From contig CAWDEM010000008.1 of NCBI GenBank assembly GCA_963801355.1, positions 608,001-672,000 of the forward strand: a stretch of 64,000 nt of DNA. The letters run 5' to 3'. Position 1 is the first letter of the stretch. Each line of letters begins with the position of its first letter. This stretch comes from Ignavibacteriota bacterium. Lineage in GTDB: Bacteria > Bacteroidota > Ignavibacteria > UBA10030 > UBA6906. This document shows positions 47,255 to 56,697 of this stretch, piece by piece. Under the pieces are notes generated by a model. The model was not told the origin of the DNA, made no database searches, and saw only the letters and a program-made list of their open reading frames with translations. The translations under genes and the position numbers were made by a program.

Positions 47255-47926
47255 TCAGCTCCGCGTGGTGAAGAGCATGAACACCGCCACGCCGATTGCA
47301 CCGACGAGGATCAGGGGTTCAAGCCATGAGGAGAAGAACCCTTCGGAAGGCACGGTGCCGTGCGTTGCGGCAACGCCCGGATGCTCGACGCGCACGACGT
47401 CACTGAGTGCGATCGTATCCGTGCGCTGCGATTGCCACTCCTCATCATAGAGATAACGTGCACTCCCGGTGTCGCTGACCCGCAACCAGAGCGTCAGCGC
47501 AGTAGTGCGGTCAAGGGCGCGTCCGCCGAAGAGCCCATCACGCCGCAGATTCGCATAGTCCACGCGTGCGCTCTTGACCGCGCACTGGATTCGCCATTCT
47601 CCGCCGGCGGGAACCGGCACGAGGTTTCGATCCCGCAACGCTCGCGCTATCGCTTCCTCGATGTACCAGTACGAACCCGCGGGTTCAACCGACACGTCCG
47701 TCTTGAGTGTATCGCGGGGATGGAGCTGTGCGCACATGCCGGCCACGGCCTCGGTTGCGAGTGACTGGTAGACGTCAAGAGTGGTTGGCGCCTGCGCGGT
47801 GTCCGGCTGTGCGAGGACATCCGCGATGCAGGCGCAGCAAAGTGCCGCGAGAATTGTGACGGGACGGGCGTTCCTCCGCACGTTACACCCTGGCGGTGTT
47901 TGGGGCGTTTTGCTGCTCAGGAGCAA
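47255..47926 (-). CDS. Hypothetical exported protein with C-terminal membrane anchor
   Basis: Signal-like segment and C-terminal LEPLILVGAIGVAVFMLFTTRS. Start uncertain. Confidence 0.7.
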   Translation of the reverse strand: MLLSSKTPQTPPGCNVRRNARPVTILAALCCACIADVLAQPDTAQAPTTLDVYQSLATEAVAGMCAQLHPRDTLKTDVSVEPAGSYWYIEEAIARALRDRNLVPVPAGGEWRIQCAVKSARVDYANLRRDGLFGGRALDRTTALTLWLRVSDTGSARYLYDEEWQSQRTDTIALSDVVRVEHPGVAATHGTVPSEGFFSSWLEPLILVGAIGVAVFMLFTTRS

Positions 47927-48170
47927 CCTTGCGCTTGCGATAGAGAATACCCACGGGTATGATCACGCAGTAGCCCAGCACAAGGAGGACCGGAGAAACG
48001 ACGAGAGGAAAGAATCCCTCGATCGAGCCTTCGAGCATCGCGGCATACCCGGCGATGATGCTGAGGAGACCGATTCCGATGATAATGAAGTTCTGTCGGT
48101 CGAGTGGAAGAGCAGTTTCCCGGTTGGGTTTCCGGACTTTATTTTTGATCGGCTTGGCCACGGCACGCAA
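47883..48170 (-). CDS. DUF3098-like small membrane protein
   Basis: NFIIIGIGLL.II.GY and P.LLVLGY. Confidence 0.75.
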   Translation of the reverse strand: MRAVAKPIKNKVRKPNRETALPLDRQNFIIIGIGLLSIIAGYAAMLEGSIEGFFPLVVSPVLLVLGYCVIIPVGILYRKRKVAPEQQNAPNTARV

Positions 48171-48195
48171 CTCCGCTAATGTTTACGAACCCCTT

Positions 48196-48282
48196 AAAAT
48201 AAAAGCCCAGCGTTGGGGGGAACGCCGGGCTCGACCATGTACCGTACAACAGTCAGGGGAGTAACTGTCGTATAGGTCGCCC
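48196..48282 (-). ncRNA. Candidate sRNA or attenuator leader with two C-rich-loop hairpins
   Basis: TTGACA-N16-TATATT promoter (48286-48313), an 11-bp hairpin, and a terminator hairpin with T tract. Confidence 0.5.
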
Positions 48283-48345
48283 ATAAATATACAAAAAGAA
48301 CCACGATTGTCAATAGCCACAGGGGTGTATTTTGGCTAATATTCT

Positions 48346-49059
48346 TCATGAGGCCGGATTTGGGCCATTTTCTTGAATAACGCCATCCACGATGCGAAGC
48401 ACCCGGTCGGCCAATCTGGCGAGATTCTCGTTATGAGTTACCACGACAAACGTCTGCCCCATTCGCCGGCTGAGGTCTTTAATCAGTTCATGGAGGCGTT
48501 CGGCGTTGGTACTATCCAGATTGCCGGATGGCTCATCCGCAAGGACAACCCTGGGGTTGTTCATGAGCGCTCTGGCGACGGCGACCCGTTGTTGTTCCCC
48601 TCCGGAGAGGTGCGTCGGTTTCTGCTCCGCGCGGTCTTCGACGCCGACCTCGCGCAGGAGGCGGAGTGCCTGCTCCCGGATATCCTGGAACTTCGCGCCG
48701 TTGATAAGGCCCGGCATAGCGACATTTTCCAGAGCGGAAAATTCCGGAAGGAGGTGGTGAAATTGGAACACGAAGCCGGTGGAGCGATTTCTGAAGCGCG
48801 CAAGGTCGTCGTCGTTGAGTGCGAACACATCCACATCGTCATAGTGCACGTTGCCTGATGTCGGCCGGTCGAGTGTGCCCAGGATATGCAGTAGTGTACT
48901 CTTCCCCGCTCCCGAGGCGCCCACGATGGCGATAATTTCGCCCGGTTCAATGCGCAGTGTTATGCCCCGCAACACGCGCAGCTCGCCGCCGTTGGAAGTT
49001 CCGGCCTGGAACGTCTTCGTCACGGCTGTCGCGGTAATGATGCCTGTGGTGGATGTCAT
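48346..49059 (-). CDS. lolD: Lipoprotein-releasing ABC ATPase
   Basis: GASGAGKST, GFVFQFHHLLPEF and LSGGEQQR. Confidence 0.9.
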   Translation of the reverse strand: MTSTTGIITATAVTKTFQAGTSNGGELRVLRGITLRIEPGEIIAIVGASGAGKSTLLHILGTLDRPTSGNVHYDDVDVFALNDDDLARFRNRSTGFVFQFHHLLPEFSALENVAMPGLINGAKFQDIREQALRLLREVGVEDRAEQKPTHLSGGEQQRVAVARALMNNPRVVLADEPSGNLDSTNAERLHELIKDLSRRMGQTFVVVTHNENLARLADRVLRIVDGVIQENGPNPAS

Positions 49060-49066
49060 GGTATCG

Positions 49067-50296
49067 TTACTCCCACCGGATAGCCTGCACCGGGAGCATA
49101 CTTGCCGCCCTGCGGGCCGGATAGAGTGAAGCAAGGATACTCAACAGCATGGTGGCAACGGACACCGCCACAAAATCGGTCCAGCGCACCTCGACGGGAA
49201 TGGCCGGAATAATATAGACTGTCGGATCGAGCGGGAACAACTGGTAGTGAATCTGGAGATAGCACACCAGGAGGCCGATCCCTGTGCCGAGCAGTGTTCC
49301 GATAGTGCCCACGAGGACGCCCTCGAACATGAACACCCGCATGATGCTTGTCGACGTTGCGCCGAGGGCCTTCAGGATGCCGATATCCCTGCGCTTCTCG
49401 ATGACTCCCATAGTCAATGAGCCGAGCACGTTGAACGTCGCGACGCCCACGATCATGCAGAGGATGATATAGGCGGTCCAGCGCTCCACCTTCATCACGG
49501 AATAGAGATCTCTGTGGAGATCGTACCATGTCGACACACGGTAGTTGTCGCCGAGCTTGCGCTGGAGATCTGCCTTGACGCCGTCGGAGTCGTCGATATT
49601 CCGGAGGCGCATTTCTACACCGGTGACCGCGTTGCCCATGTCGAAGAGTTCGCGTGCCGTAGCGAGCGAGACGTAGGCATAGTGCGAGTCGTAGTCCTTG
49701 TTGTTGGAGTCGTAGATGCCGACGACCGAGCACTCGCGCGTTACCGGTTGGCCGAACTGCACGAGCATTTCATCGACTCCCACGGGGCTGAGGATGGAGA
49801 TGTCCGCGCCGACGGTTGTTCCCAGCCGGTCTGCCAGTCCCAGGCCGAGCACGATGCCCGAGTGTTCCCGGGTGTCGGAGAATGCAAACGTGCCCAACAC
49901 GGTGCTTTGTTTTACCCCCGAGACGCGGTCCACGAGCGAATCCTCAACCCCCTTGACGAGAACCACGCGGTTCATGCGCCCTGCAACGAGCAGTGCTTTG
50001 TTGGCGACGAACGGGGCCGACGCAGCAATCCTCCGGTCCGCGGCGATTGCCTGCATCAGTGTGTCCGTGAGTTCCAGCCGTGCGCCCCGTGCGGGTTCCA
50101 CACGAACGTGCGGGTCGAAGCCTACGAGCACCTTTGTGACCACGCTATTGAATCCGTTGAAGACCGAGAGCACGATGATCAGCGCGGCGACTCCCACCGT
50201 GATGCCGATGACGGAGACGAGCATGATGATATTGATGAAGCGCATCTGGCGCTTGGATCGCACGTACCGGCGCGCTATGAATCGCTCGAAGCCCAT
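49067..50296 (-). CDS. LolC/E-family ABC permease
   Basis: GITVGVAALIIVLSVFNGF and EKRRDIGILKALGA. Confidence 0.88.
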   Translation of the reverse strand: MGFERFIARRYVRSKRQMRFINIIMLVSVIGITVGVAALIIVLSVFNGFNSVVTKVLVGFDPHVRVEPARGARLELTDTLMQAIAADRRIAASAPFVANKALLVAGRMNRVVLVKGVEDSLVDRVSGVKQSTVLGTFAFSDTREHSGIVLGLGLADRLGTTVGADISILSPVGVDEMLVQFGQPVTRECSVVGIYDSNNKDYDSHYAYVSLATARELFDMGNAVTGVEMRLRNIDDSDGVKADLQRKLGDNYRVSTWYDLHRDLYSVMKVERWTAYIILCMIVGVATFNVLGSLTMGVIEKRRDIGILKALGATSTSIMRVFMFEGVLVGTIGTLLGTGIGLLVCYLQIHYQLFPLDPTVYIIPAIPVEVRWTDFVAVSVATMLLSILASLYPARRAASMLPVQAIRWE

Positions 50297-51513
50297 CAAG
50301 AAAACCTGATTGCTGTGACGGGATCCAGTCGCGACGCAAGACGGGCGGGTACGAGTGAACTCAGCAGGCACAGGCCGATGGTAATGGCGGAGACGATCGC
50401 GAAATCCCCCCATCGCATGAGAATCGGGACCGACGTCATGAAATAGATGTCGCTGGGCAACGACAGAAAGCCGAATCGCAGCTGTGCATAGCACAGCGTG
50501 AACGCGAGGAGGTTTCCCAGCCCCGTGCCGATCAACGCAATCGTCAAGCCCTGTCTGAGGAAAATCCTCGTGATCCCCCAGCGCGTTGCTCCCATGGAAG
50601 CCAGGACGCCGATTTCTCGTGTCTTGTCAAGGACCATCATCAGGAGTGTGCCGATGATATTCACGGTGGCCACAACGATAATCAAGCCGAGGATAATGGG
50701 GATCGGCTTCTTCTGCAGTTCAATCCAGCTGAACAGATTGCGGTAGCTTTCGAACACGGTGCGGGAATAGTGTGGATAGCCGAGCAAATTGGAAACGCGC
50801 TCGGAGATCGCGTCGGCGCTGTCCACGCGGCTGAGCTGCACATCATACCCGGTGACCGCATCCTTGATCTGGAAGAGCGATTGGGCATCACGAAGGTCGG
50901 TAAAGCCGTAGATGTCGTCATACTCTGCCATGCCGCTCTCATAGATTCCTGTCACGTGGAATTGCATCGCCCTGGCCTGTTTGCCTTCGAGCATCCTCCC
51001 GACACTGAAGATCACCGCCCGGTCACCGATATCCAGCGCCAGCCGGCCGGCAAGCTTGCGGCCGATGACCAGCTTGGCGCCGACGCCCTCCGTATGAGCG
51101 ATGTCGTAGCTGCCGGCCACCATATACTTGAGTGCAATGGTGTTCTCGATTGAGGGGTCGACCCCTTTCACAAAGATCCCGTCCACGCCTTCCCGGGACC
51201 GCACGAGCGCTTCCCGGGCGACATACGGAGACACCGACGTGATCACCGGGGAGAGCGCAGCGATACGCAGCCTGTTTTCCCGGAAGTTCCTGAGAGGCAG
51301 ATTCTGGTAGCCCACGATCTGCACGTGGCTGGTAAACCCCACGACTTTCTCGGTGATTTCCTTTTCGAAGCCGCCCAGGACGGAGAGTGCGATGATGAGC
51401 GTGGCGGTGCCCAGCATGACGCCCAGCACGGAGATTGCGGCAATGAATGAAAAGAAACCCGCATTCCGCTGGGAGCGCAGGTACCGCCGGGCTATCATGT
51501 CGCTATACGACAT
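50296..51513 (-). CDS. LolC/E-family ABC permease
   Basis: GVMLGTATLIIALSVLGGF and DKTREIGVL. Confidence 0.88.
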   Translation of the reverse strand: MSYSDMIARRYLRSQRNAGFFSFIAAISVLGVMLGTATLIIALSVLGGFEKEITEKVVGFTSHVQIVGYQNLPLRNFRENRLRIAALSPVITSVSPYVAREALVRSREGVDGIFVKGVDPSIENTIALKYMVAGSYDIAHTEGVGAKLVIGRKLAGRLALDIGDRAVIFSVGRMLEGKQARAMQFHVTGIYESGMAEYDDIYGFTDLRDAQSLFQIKDAVTGYDVQLSRVDSADAISERVSNLLGYPHYSRTVFESYRNLFSWIELQKKPIPIILGLIIVVATVNIIGTLLMMVLDKTREIGVLASMGATRWGITRIFLRQGLTIALIGTGLGNLLAFTLCYAQLRFGFLSLPSDIYFMTSVPILMRWGDFAIVSAITIGLCLLSSLVPARLASRLDPVTAIRFS

Positions 51514-51515
51514 GG

Positions 51516-52626
51516 TTACGCCGGGCTCCCCGGGCCATTGGCAAGAAGGAAACCCTTGATAAAATCGTCAAGGTCCCCGTCCATGACTCCCTGCACGTTA
51601 CTTGTTTCGACATTTGTACGGTGATCTTTCACCAGATTGTAGGGCTGGAACACGTAAGAGCGGATCTGGCTCCCCCACTCAATTTTCTTCTTTGAGCTCT
51701 CGATTGCGTCCCGCTTGGCTTCTTCCTCTTCTTTGCGCCTTTGGTAGAGCTGCGATTTCAGCATTTTCATTGCCCGTTCGCGGTTCTGGAACTGCGAGCG
51801 TTCCTGCTGGCAGGCCACGATAATGCCACTGGGGACGTGTGTGATACGGACCGCGGTTTCCACTTTGTTGACATTCTGTCCCCCCTTGCCGCCCGAGCGG
51901 TAGGTGTCGATCTTGAGATCCACCGAGTTCACCTCGATCTCCACGTCGTCTTCGATCTCGGGATAGACGTAGACGGAGGCGAACGATGTGTGGCGCCGGG
52001 CGTTGGAATCGAACGGCGAAATTCGCACGAGCCGGTGCACACCGTTCTCCGCTTTGAGATACCCATACGCGAATTTGCCGGTTACTTCCACCGTGGCGCT
52101 CTTGATTCCGGCTGAATCGCCGTCGAGACGATCGACGAGGGCGACGTTGAAGCCTTTCCGTTCGCACCAGCGAAGGTACATGCGGAGGAGCATTTCGCCC
52201 CAATCCTGGGCTTCCGTTCCTCCTGCCCCGGCGTGGATCGTGAGAATGGCATTGCGCCCGTCATCCTCACCGCTGAGCATATTGCGGAATTCCAGGTCAG
52301 CCAGACCCGTGGTCACTGCCTTCAATTCCGCGGCGATGTCAGTGGCGAGCGATTCGTCGTTTGACTCTTCCGCGATTTCCACAAACGTACGGGCATCCCC
52401 GAGGCGCTTGGCTAGGTTGTTCCAGGCATCCACCCACTCTTTGCGTCCGCTGATCTCCTGCATCACCTTTTGCGCGGTGGCGTTGTCATCCCAGAAGTGG
52501 GGTGCGTGGCTCTTTTCCTGAAGTTCTGCTACCGATTTTTCTTTTCCGTCGATGTCAAAGATACCTCCGGAGCGCCGTCAGCCGCTCGGTAAGTTCTTTG
52601 ATTTCTGCCTTTTGTTCGTCGAACAT
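51516..52626 (-). CDS. prfB: Peptide chain release factor 2 with programmed +1 frameshift
   Basis: SPF and GGQ motifs. The short first frame [23 protein letters not shown] ends in GGAGG-TAT-CTT-TGA-C (52554-52568). Confidence 0.97.
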
Positions 52627-52704
52627 GAACCCTTCCGCTTTGAAAATTCCGTTTGCTGAATTAGGTGAATTGTGCAGGCTGACCGGCGGACAGGACCGGG
52701 AGCG

Positions 52705-54471
52705 TCACACAATCCTGATGTGGAGTTCACGCAACTGCTTCTCATCGACCGCACTTGGGGCCTCGTCCATGAGCGACACCGCATTTGCGGTTTTCGGGAA
52801 CGCCATCACGTCACGAATCGATTTCATCCCCGTCAGGATCATCACCAGACGGTCGAGCCCGAACGCAATGCCTCCATGAGGGGGAGCACCATAACGGAAT
52901 GCATTCAGGAGGAATCCAAATTTGTGCTCCGCCTCTTCCTGCCCAATACCCAGCAGCTCGAACATGCGGCTTTGCAGTGCCCGGTCATGGATCCTGATGC
53001 TTCCTCCCGCCACCTCCGTGCCATTCAACACGAGGTCATAGGCACGCGCACGCGCCTTGCCGGGGTCCGTCTCAAGCAATGGCGTGTCGTCGGGATTCGG
53101 CGATGTGAAGGGATGATGTACTGCTACAAATCGCTTCTCTTCCTCGCTGTATTCGACAAGGGGGAAATCGGTTACCCAGAGCAACTCAAGTTTATCCTCG
53201 GGCACAAGCTTAAGCCGGCGTCCCATCTCCAGGCGGAGGGTGCCGAGAATCGTGTAGGCTTTCGCCCACGCGTCCGACACAAGCAGCGCCAGGTCACCTT
53301 GCTTCCCACCCATCCCTTCCACAATACGCTGCAGCAGCTCCTTCCCCAGGAACTTTTCAATCGGGCACTCAATGCCGTTCCCGGTCCATTTGATGTACAC
53401 CAGACCGCCTGCTCCCAGGGTCTTGGTGTAGTCCACCAGGCCGTCGAGCTGGTTCCGTGACATGCCCGCTTCGCCCGGAACAATAAACCCGCTTACTACC
53501 CCGCCCTTCTTCACGACGTCCGAGAATACCCTGAAGCCCGATTCTCTCACCAGCTCATTCACGCAGGCGAGCTTGAGGCCGAATCTGGTGTCCGGTTTGT
53601 CGGTCCCGTACATCTCCATTGCCTCATGGAATGTAAGGCGTTGCAGCGGCAACTGCAGGCCGACACCCTGCAATTCCTTGAAAATCCGTTGCATGAGGCC
53701 TTCGGTGATGCTCCTGATATCCTCCTCGTCCACAAACGACATTTCCGCATCGATCTGTGTGAACTCGGGCTGGCGGTCGGCGCGCAGGTCTTCGTCTCGA
53801 AAGCACTTCACGATCTGCACATACCGGTCCATCCCGGAAACCATCAGAAGCTGTTTATATGTTTGCGGCGACTGAGGTAATGCGTAGAAGCGACCGCGGT
53901 GAACCCTGCTTGGAACCAGGTAATCGCGTGCTCCTTCGGGTGTGCTCTTCATCAGGATGGGGGTCTCGATCTCGATGAAGCCGTTTTCGTCGAAATATTT
54001 ATGCACAAGCTGATACAAACGGTGCCGGAACATCAAGTTTGCCTGGAGCATCGGGCGGCGCAGGTCGAGGTAGCGGTACTTCAACCGGAGATCCTCACCG
54101 GCCTCTACATCGCCGTCAATGGGAAACGGAGGAGTGTCCGCGCGACTCAGGATGGTCAGCGTCCCGGCCATCACATCGATTTCGCCGGTCGACATGTCCG
54201 GGTTGGTTGTGCCTTCGGGGCGGGTCTCCACGGTGCCCGTGACGGAGAGAACGAACTCGCTGCGGAGTTCCTTGGCGAGTTGATGCGCCTCTTCGTTGTG
54301 ACGGGGATTGAACACCACCTGGGTCTTGCCGTAGCGGTCACGGAGGTCGATAAAAATCACGCCGCCGAGGTCTCTGCGGACATCCACCCAACCGTTCAGG
54401 GTCACTGTTTTCCCGATGCTGTCAGCGCGGAGTTCACCGCACGTATGCGTACGTTTCGCAAAAGACGGCAC
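52705..54471 (-). CDS. aspS: Aspartate--tRNA ligase
   Basis: RTHTCG, LPQSPQ.YKQ, FRDEDLRADRQPEF and GAPPHGG. GTG start after GGAGG. Confidence 0.97.
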   Translation of the reverse strand: MPSFAKRTHTCGELRADSIGKTVTLNGWVDVRRDLGGVIFIDLRDRYGKTQVVFNPRHNEEAHQLAKELRSEFVLSVTGTVETRPEGTTNPDMSTGEIDVMAGTLTILSRADTPPFPIDGDVEAGEDLRLKYRYLDLRRPMLQANLMFRHRLYQLVHKYFDENGFIEIETPILMKSTPEGARDYLVPSRVHRGRFYALPQSPQTYKQLLMVSGMDRYVQIVKCFRDEDLRADRQPEFTQIDAEMSFVDEEDIRSITEGLMQRIFKELQGVGLQLPLQRLTFHEAMEMYGTDKPDTRFGLKLACVNELVRESGFRVFSDVVKKGGVVSGFIVPGEAGMSRNQLDGLVDYTKTLGAGGLVYIKWTGNGIECPIEKFLGKELLQRIVEGMGGKQGDLALLVSDAWAKAYTILGTLRLEMGRRLKLVPEDKLELLWVTDFPLVEYSEEEKRFVAVHHPFTSPNPDDTPLLETDPGKARARAYDLVLNGTEVAGGSIRIHDRALQSRMFELLGIGQEEAEHKFGFLLNAFRYGAPPHGGIAFGLDRLVMILTGMKSIRDVMAFPKTANAVSLMDEAPSAVDEKQLRELHIRIV

Positions 54472-54613
54472 TGCAACCTCCATGGATTCCAAACCATTAA
54501 TATACCCAAAAGGCATCTGAGTATCAAACCACCCTCATGATAGTCATCGGGTTTCGTTGTGCTTCTCAGGGCTTTTCCCTACTTTATTTCATACCCCATT
54601 CATGCCGGCTTAC

Positions 54614-56689
54614 ATGCACAAGATTCTCATTCTCCTCCTCTTCGCCGCGGTCCACGGTATTGCGCAGGACGATACCGCGGAACAAGCCCGCCGCCGCACC
54701 GAAAACATCGAGATAATTCTCCGGATTCAGGACCGCCGTACCGTCCACGACGGTAAACTCATCGCGCTCCTTTCCGATGACCAACCTGCTGTGCGTCGCC
54801 GTGCGTATTTAGCTTTTGCGAGCATTCAGGATACCACCGCCCTCCCCATGCTCATCCGGGGCCTCATCGACCCCGAACCAGGCGTGCAGGAGGCTGCAGC
54901 CGTGGCGATCGGTCAGACCGGGGTTCTTTTGTCGGTCCCTCACCGCGCGGAGCTGGAGCATGACCTTATCTGGAACCGTCTTCACATGACACAGGTCCCT
55001 GACCGGTTAATCGAAGAGATCGGTAAATTCGGGACTGTTGACGGTCTGAAAGATCTCGTCATCCGCATCGGCAACGCGTATCCCCGCCGGTATGAGGGGG
55101 GCATGATCATGGGGATTGCCCGGTTTGCGATCCGCGGCATCATTGACCCGGGCGCGGTGCGGTATCTTCTGGTCAGTGCAAAAACAGACGAGCCGGTTCC
55201 CTGGGAGGCACTTTACGCATTGCAGCGCATCGGTGACGATCCCGAATCCAGGGCGGAGATGGAATATCTCGTGCAGCTCCGGAACGATCGGGACCCTCTC
55301 GTGCGGTTGAATCTTGCAGTGTTGCTGGGAAAGCTTCGCGATGTCCGGGTTGCCAGAGACCCTCTCATCCGCCTGGCCTCGTCCGACGATGACTGGCGCG
55401 TGCGCGTCTCTGCTCTCCGTTCTCTGGCCTTGTACCCGCTTGCCGCTGACCCGCAGGCGCTGGACATTTTCCGGAGGGCATTTTTCGACGGCAACATGCA
55501 TATCGTTCTCGCCGCGATTGCAGCGCTCCGGTCGTCGGATCTCACACCGGCCGACACCAGCGGTGCTGCGCGGGAGCTGCTGGATGAGCTGGTAGCCGTT
55601 GCCGCAAACGACGGGAATGCATTCCCCTGGCAACATCAGGCGGAAGCAGCTGCAACGCTCGCCTCACTGTTGCGATCCACGGCATTTCCCCACCTCGTTT
55701 ATTCCTCCTGGCCGAATGCGCATCTTCAAGCGGACGTCCTTCGTGCTCTCGGTGCAACCGGAGTCGAGGAATCTGCGATGCCTCTCCTCGCCGCGCTGGA
55801 TGATGACCGTGCAATCGTCCGTTGCGGGGCACTCGATGGGCTTGCCACGCTTGCGCGCTTGCGAACGGATGACCGTGCGCTCCGCAGAACCATTCGTTCA
55901 ATGCTTCCCGGGCTTTGTTCTTCCGGAGACGTAGCGGTGATTGCCACGGCGGCTGGGATGATGGCCGATTCGATTTTTGCCGATCCGAAGAGCACTCCGG
56001 ATCTCTTGCGTCTGGTGCCCGGGCTGCGGGGGCCGGACAATATCGAGGCTCTCCTCGAGGTGATCTCCGCCCTGGGTGAGCTGGGTGACAACCAGGCGGT
56101 TCCGCAACTCATTGACCTTCTGCAGGAATCGGAACGTCCTGTCGCCACGGAAGCGGCTGCTGCACTCCGGCGCTTGACGGGGACGGACTACTCCGCGAGA
56201 ATCAGTCAGCGCGAGCCCCTGTACACCGATTTTGATTTCGCCTACCTGCGTGCGCTTCCCGAGACCATTCGTGTGGTCATATCCACAGCGCGCGGCGATA
56301 TCACCGCGGAGTTGTACAAAGACCTCGCGCCGTTCACTATCATGAGCATGCTCAAGCTCTCCTCCCAGCGCGGCTTCTTTCGCGGCCTGACGTTTCACCG
56401 TGTTGTGCCGAATTTCGTCATCCAGGGAGGATGCCCGCGCGGCGACGGTTGGGGCGGTCCCGGTTACACGCTTCGCTCGGAGTTCTCAACGGTGCGCTTC
56501 CGTACCGGCACTATCGGCATTGCATCGGCGGGCAAGGATACCGAAGGTTCGCAGTTCTTCATCACGCACTCTCCCCAGCCGCACCTTGACGGACGCTACA
56601 CGATCATCGGGAACGTCATCGACGGTCAGCACGTTGTGGATGCACTCGAACGCGACGATCGTCTCTTTGATTTCCGGATTCAACCATAA
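54614..56689 (+). CDS. HEAT-repeat protein fused to a cyclophilin-type PPIase
   Basis: Signal peptide, HEAT-like helices, FHRVVPNFVIQGG and GSQFFITH. Confidence 0.9.
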   Translation: MHKILILLLFAAVHGIAQDDTAEQARRRTENIEIILRIQDRRTVHDGKLIALLSDDQPAVRRRAYLAFASIQDTTALPMLIRGLIDPEPGVQEAAAVAIGQTGVLLSVPHRAELEHDLIWNRLHMTQVPDRLIEEIGKFGTVDGLKDLVIRIGNAYPRRYEGGMIMGIARFAIRGIIDPGAVRYLLVSAKTDEPVPWEALYALQRIGDDPESRAEMEYLVQLRNDRDPLVRLNLAVLLGKLRDVRVARDPLIRLASSDDDWRVRVSALRSLALYPLAADPQALDIFRRAFFDGNMHIVLAAIAALRSSDLTPADTSGAARELLDELVAVAANDGNAFPWQHQAEAAATLASLLRSTAFPHLVYSSWPNAHLQADVLRALGATGVEESAMPLLAALDDDRAIVRCGALDGLATLARLRTDDRALRRTIRSMLPGLCSSGDVAVIATAAGMMADSIFADPKSTPDLLRLVPGLRGPDNIEALLEVISALGELGDNQAVPQLIDLLQESERPVATEAAAALRRLTGTDYSARISQREPLYTDFDFAYLRALPETIRVVISTARGDITAELYKDLAPFTIMSMLKLSSQRGFFRGLTFHRVVPNFVIQGGCPRGDGWGGPGYTLRSEFSTVRFRTGTIGIASAGKDTEGSQFFITHSPQPHLDGRYTIIGNVIDGQHVVDALERDDRLFDFRIQP

Positions 56690-56697
56690 GGCATCTC

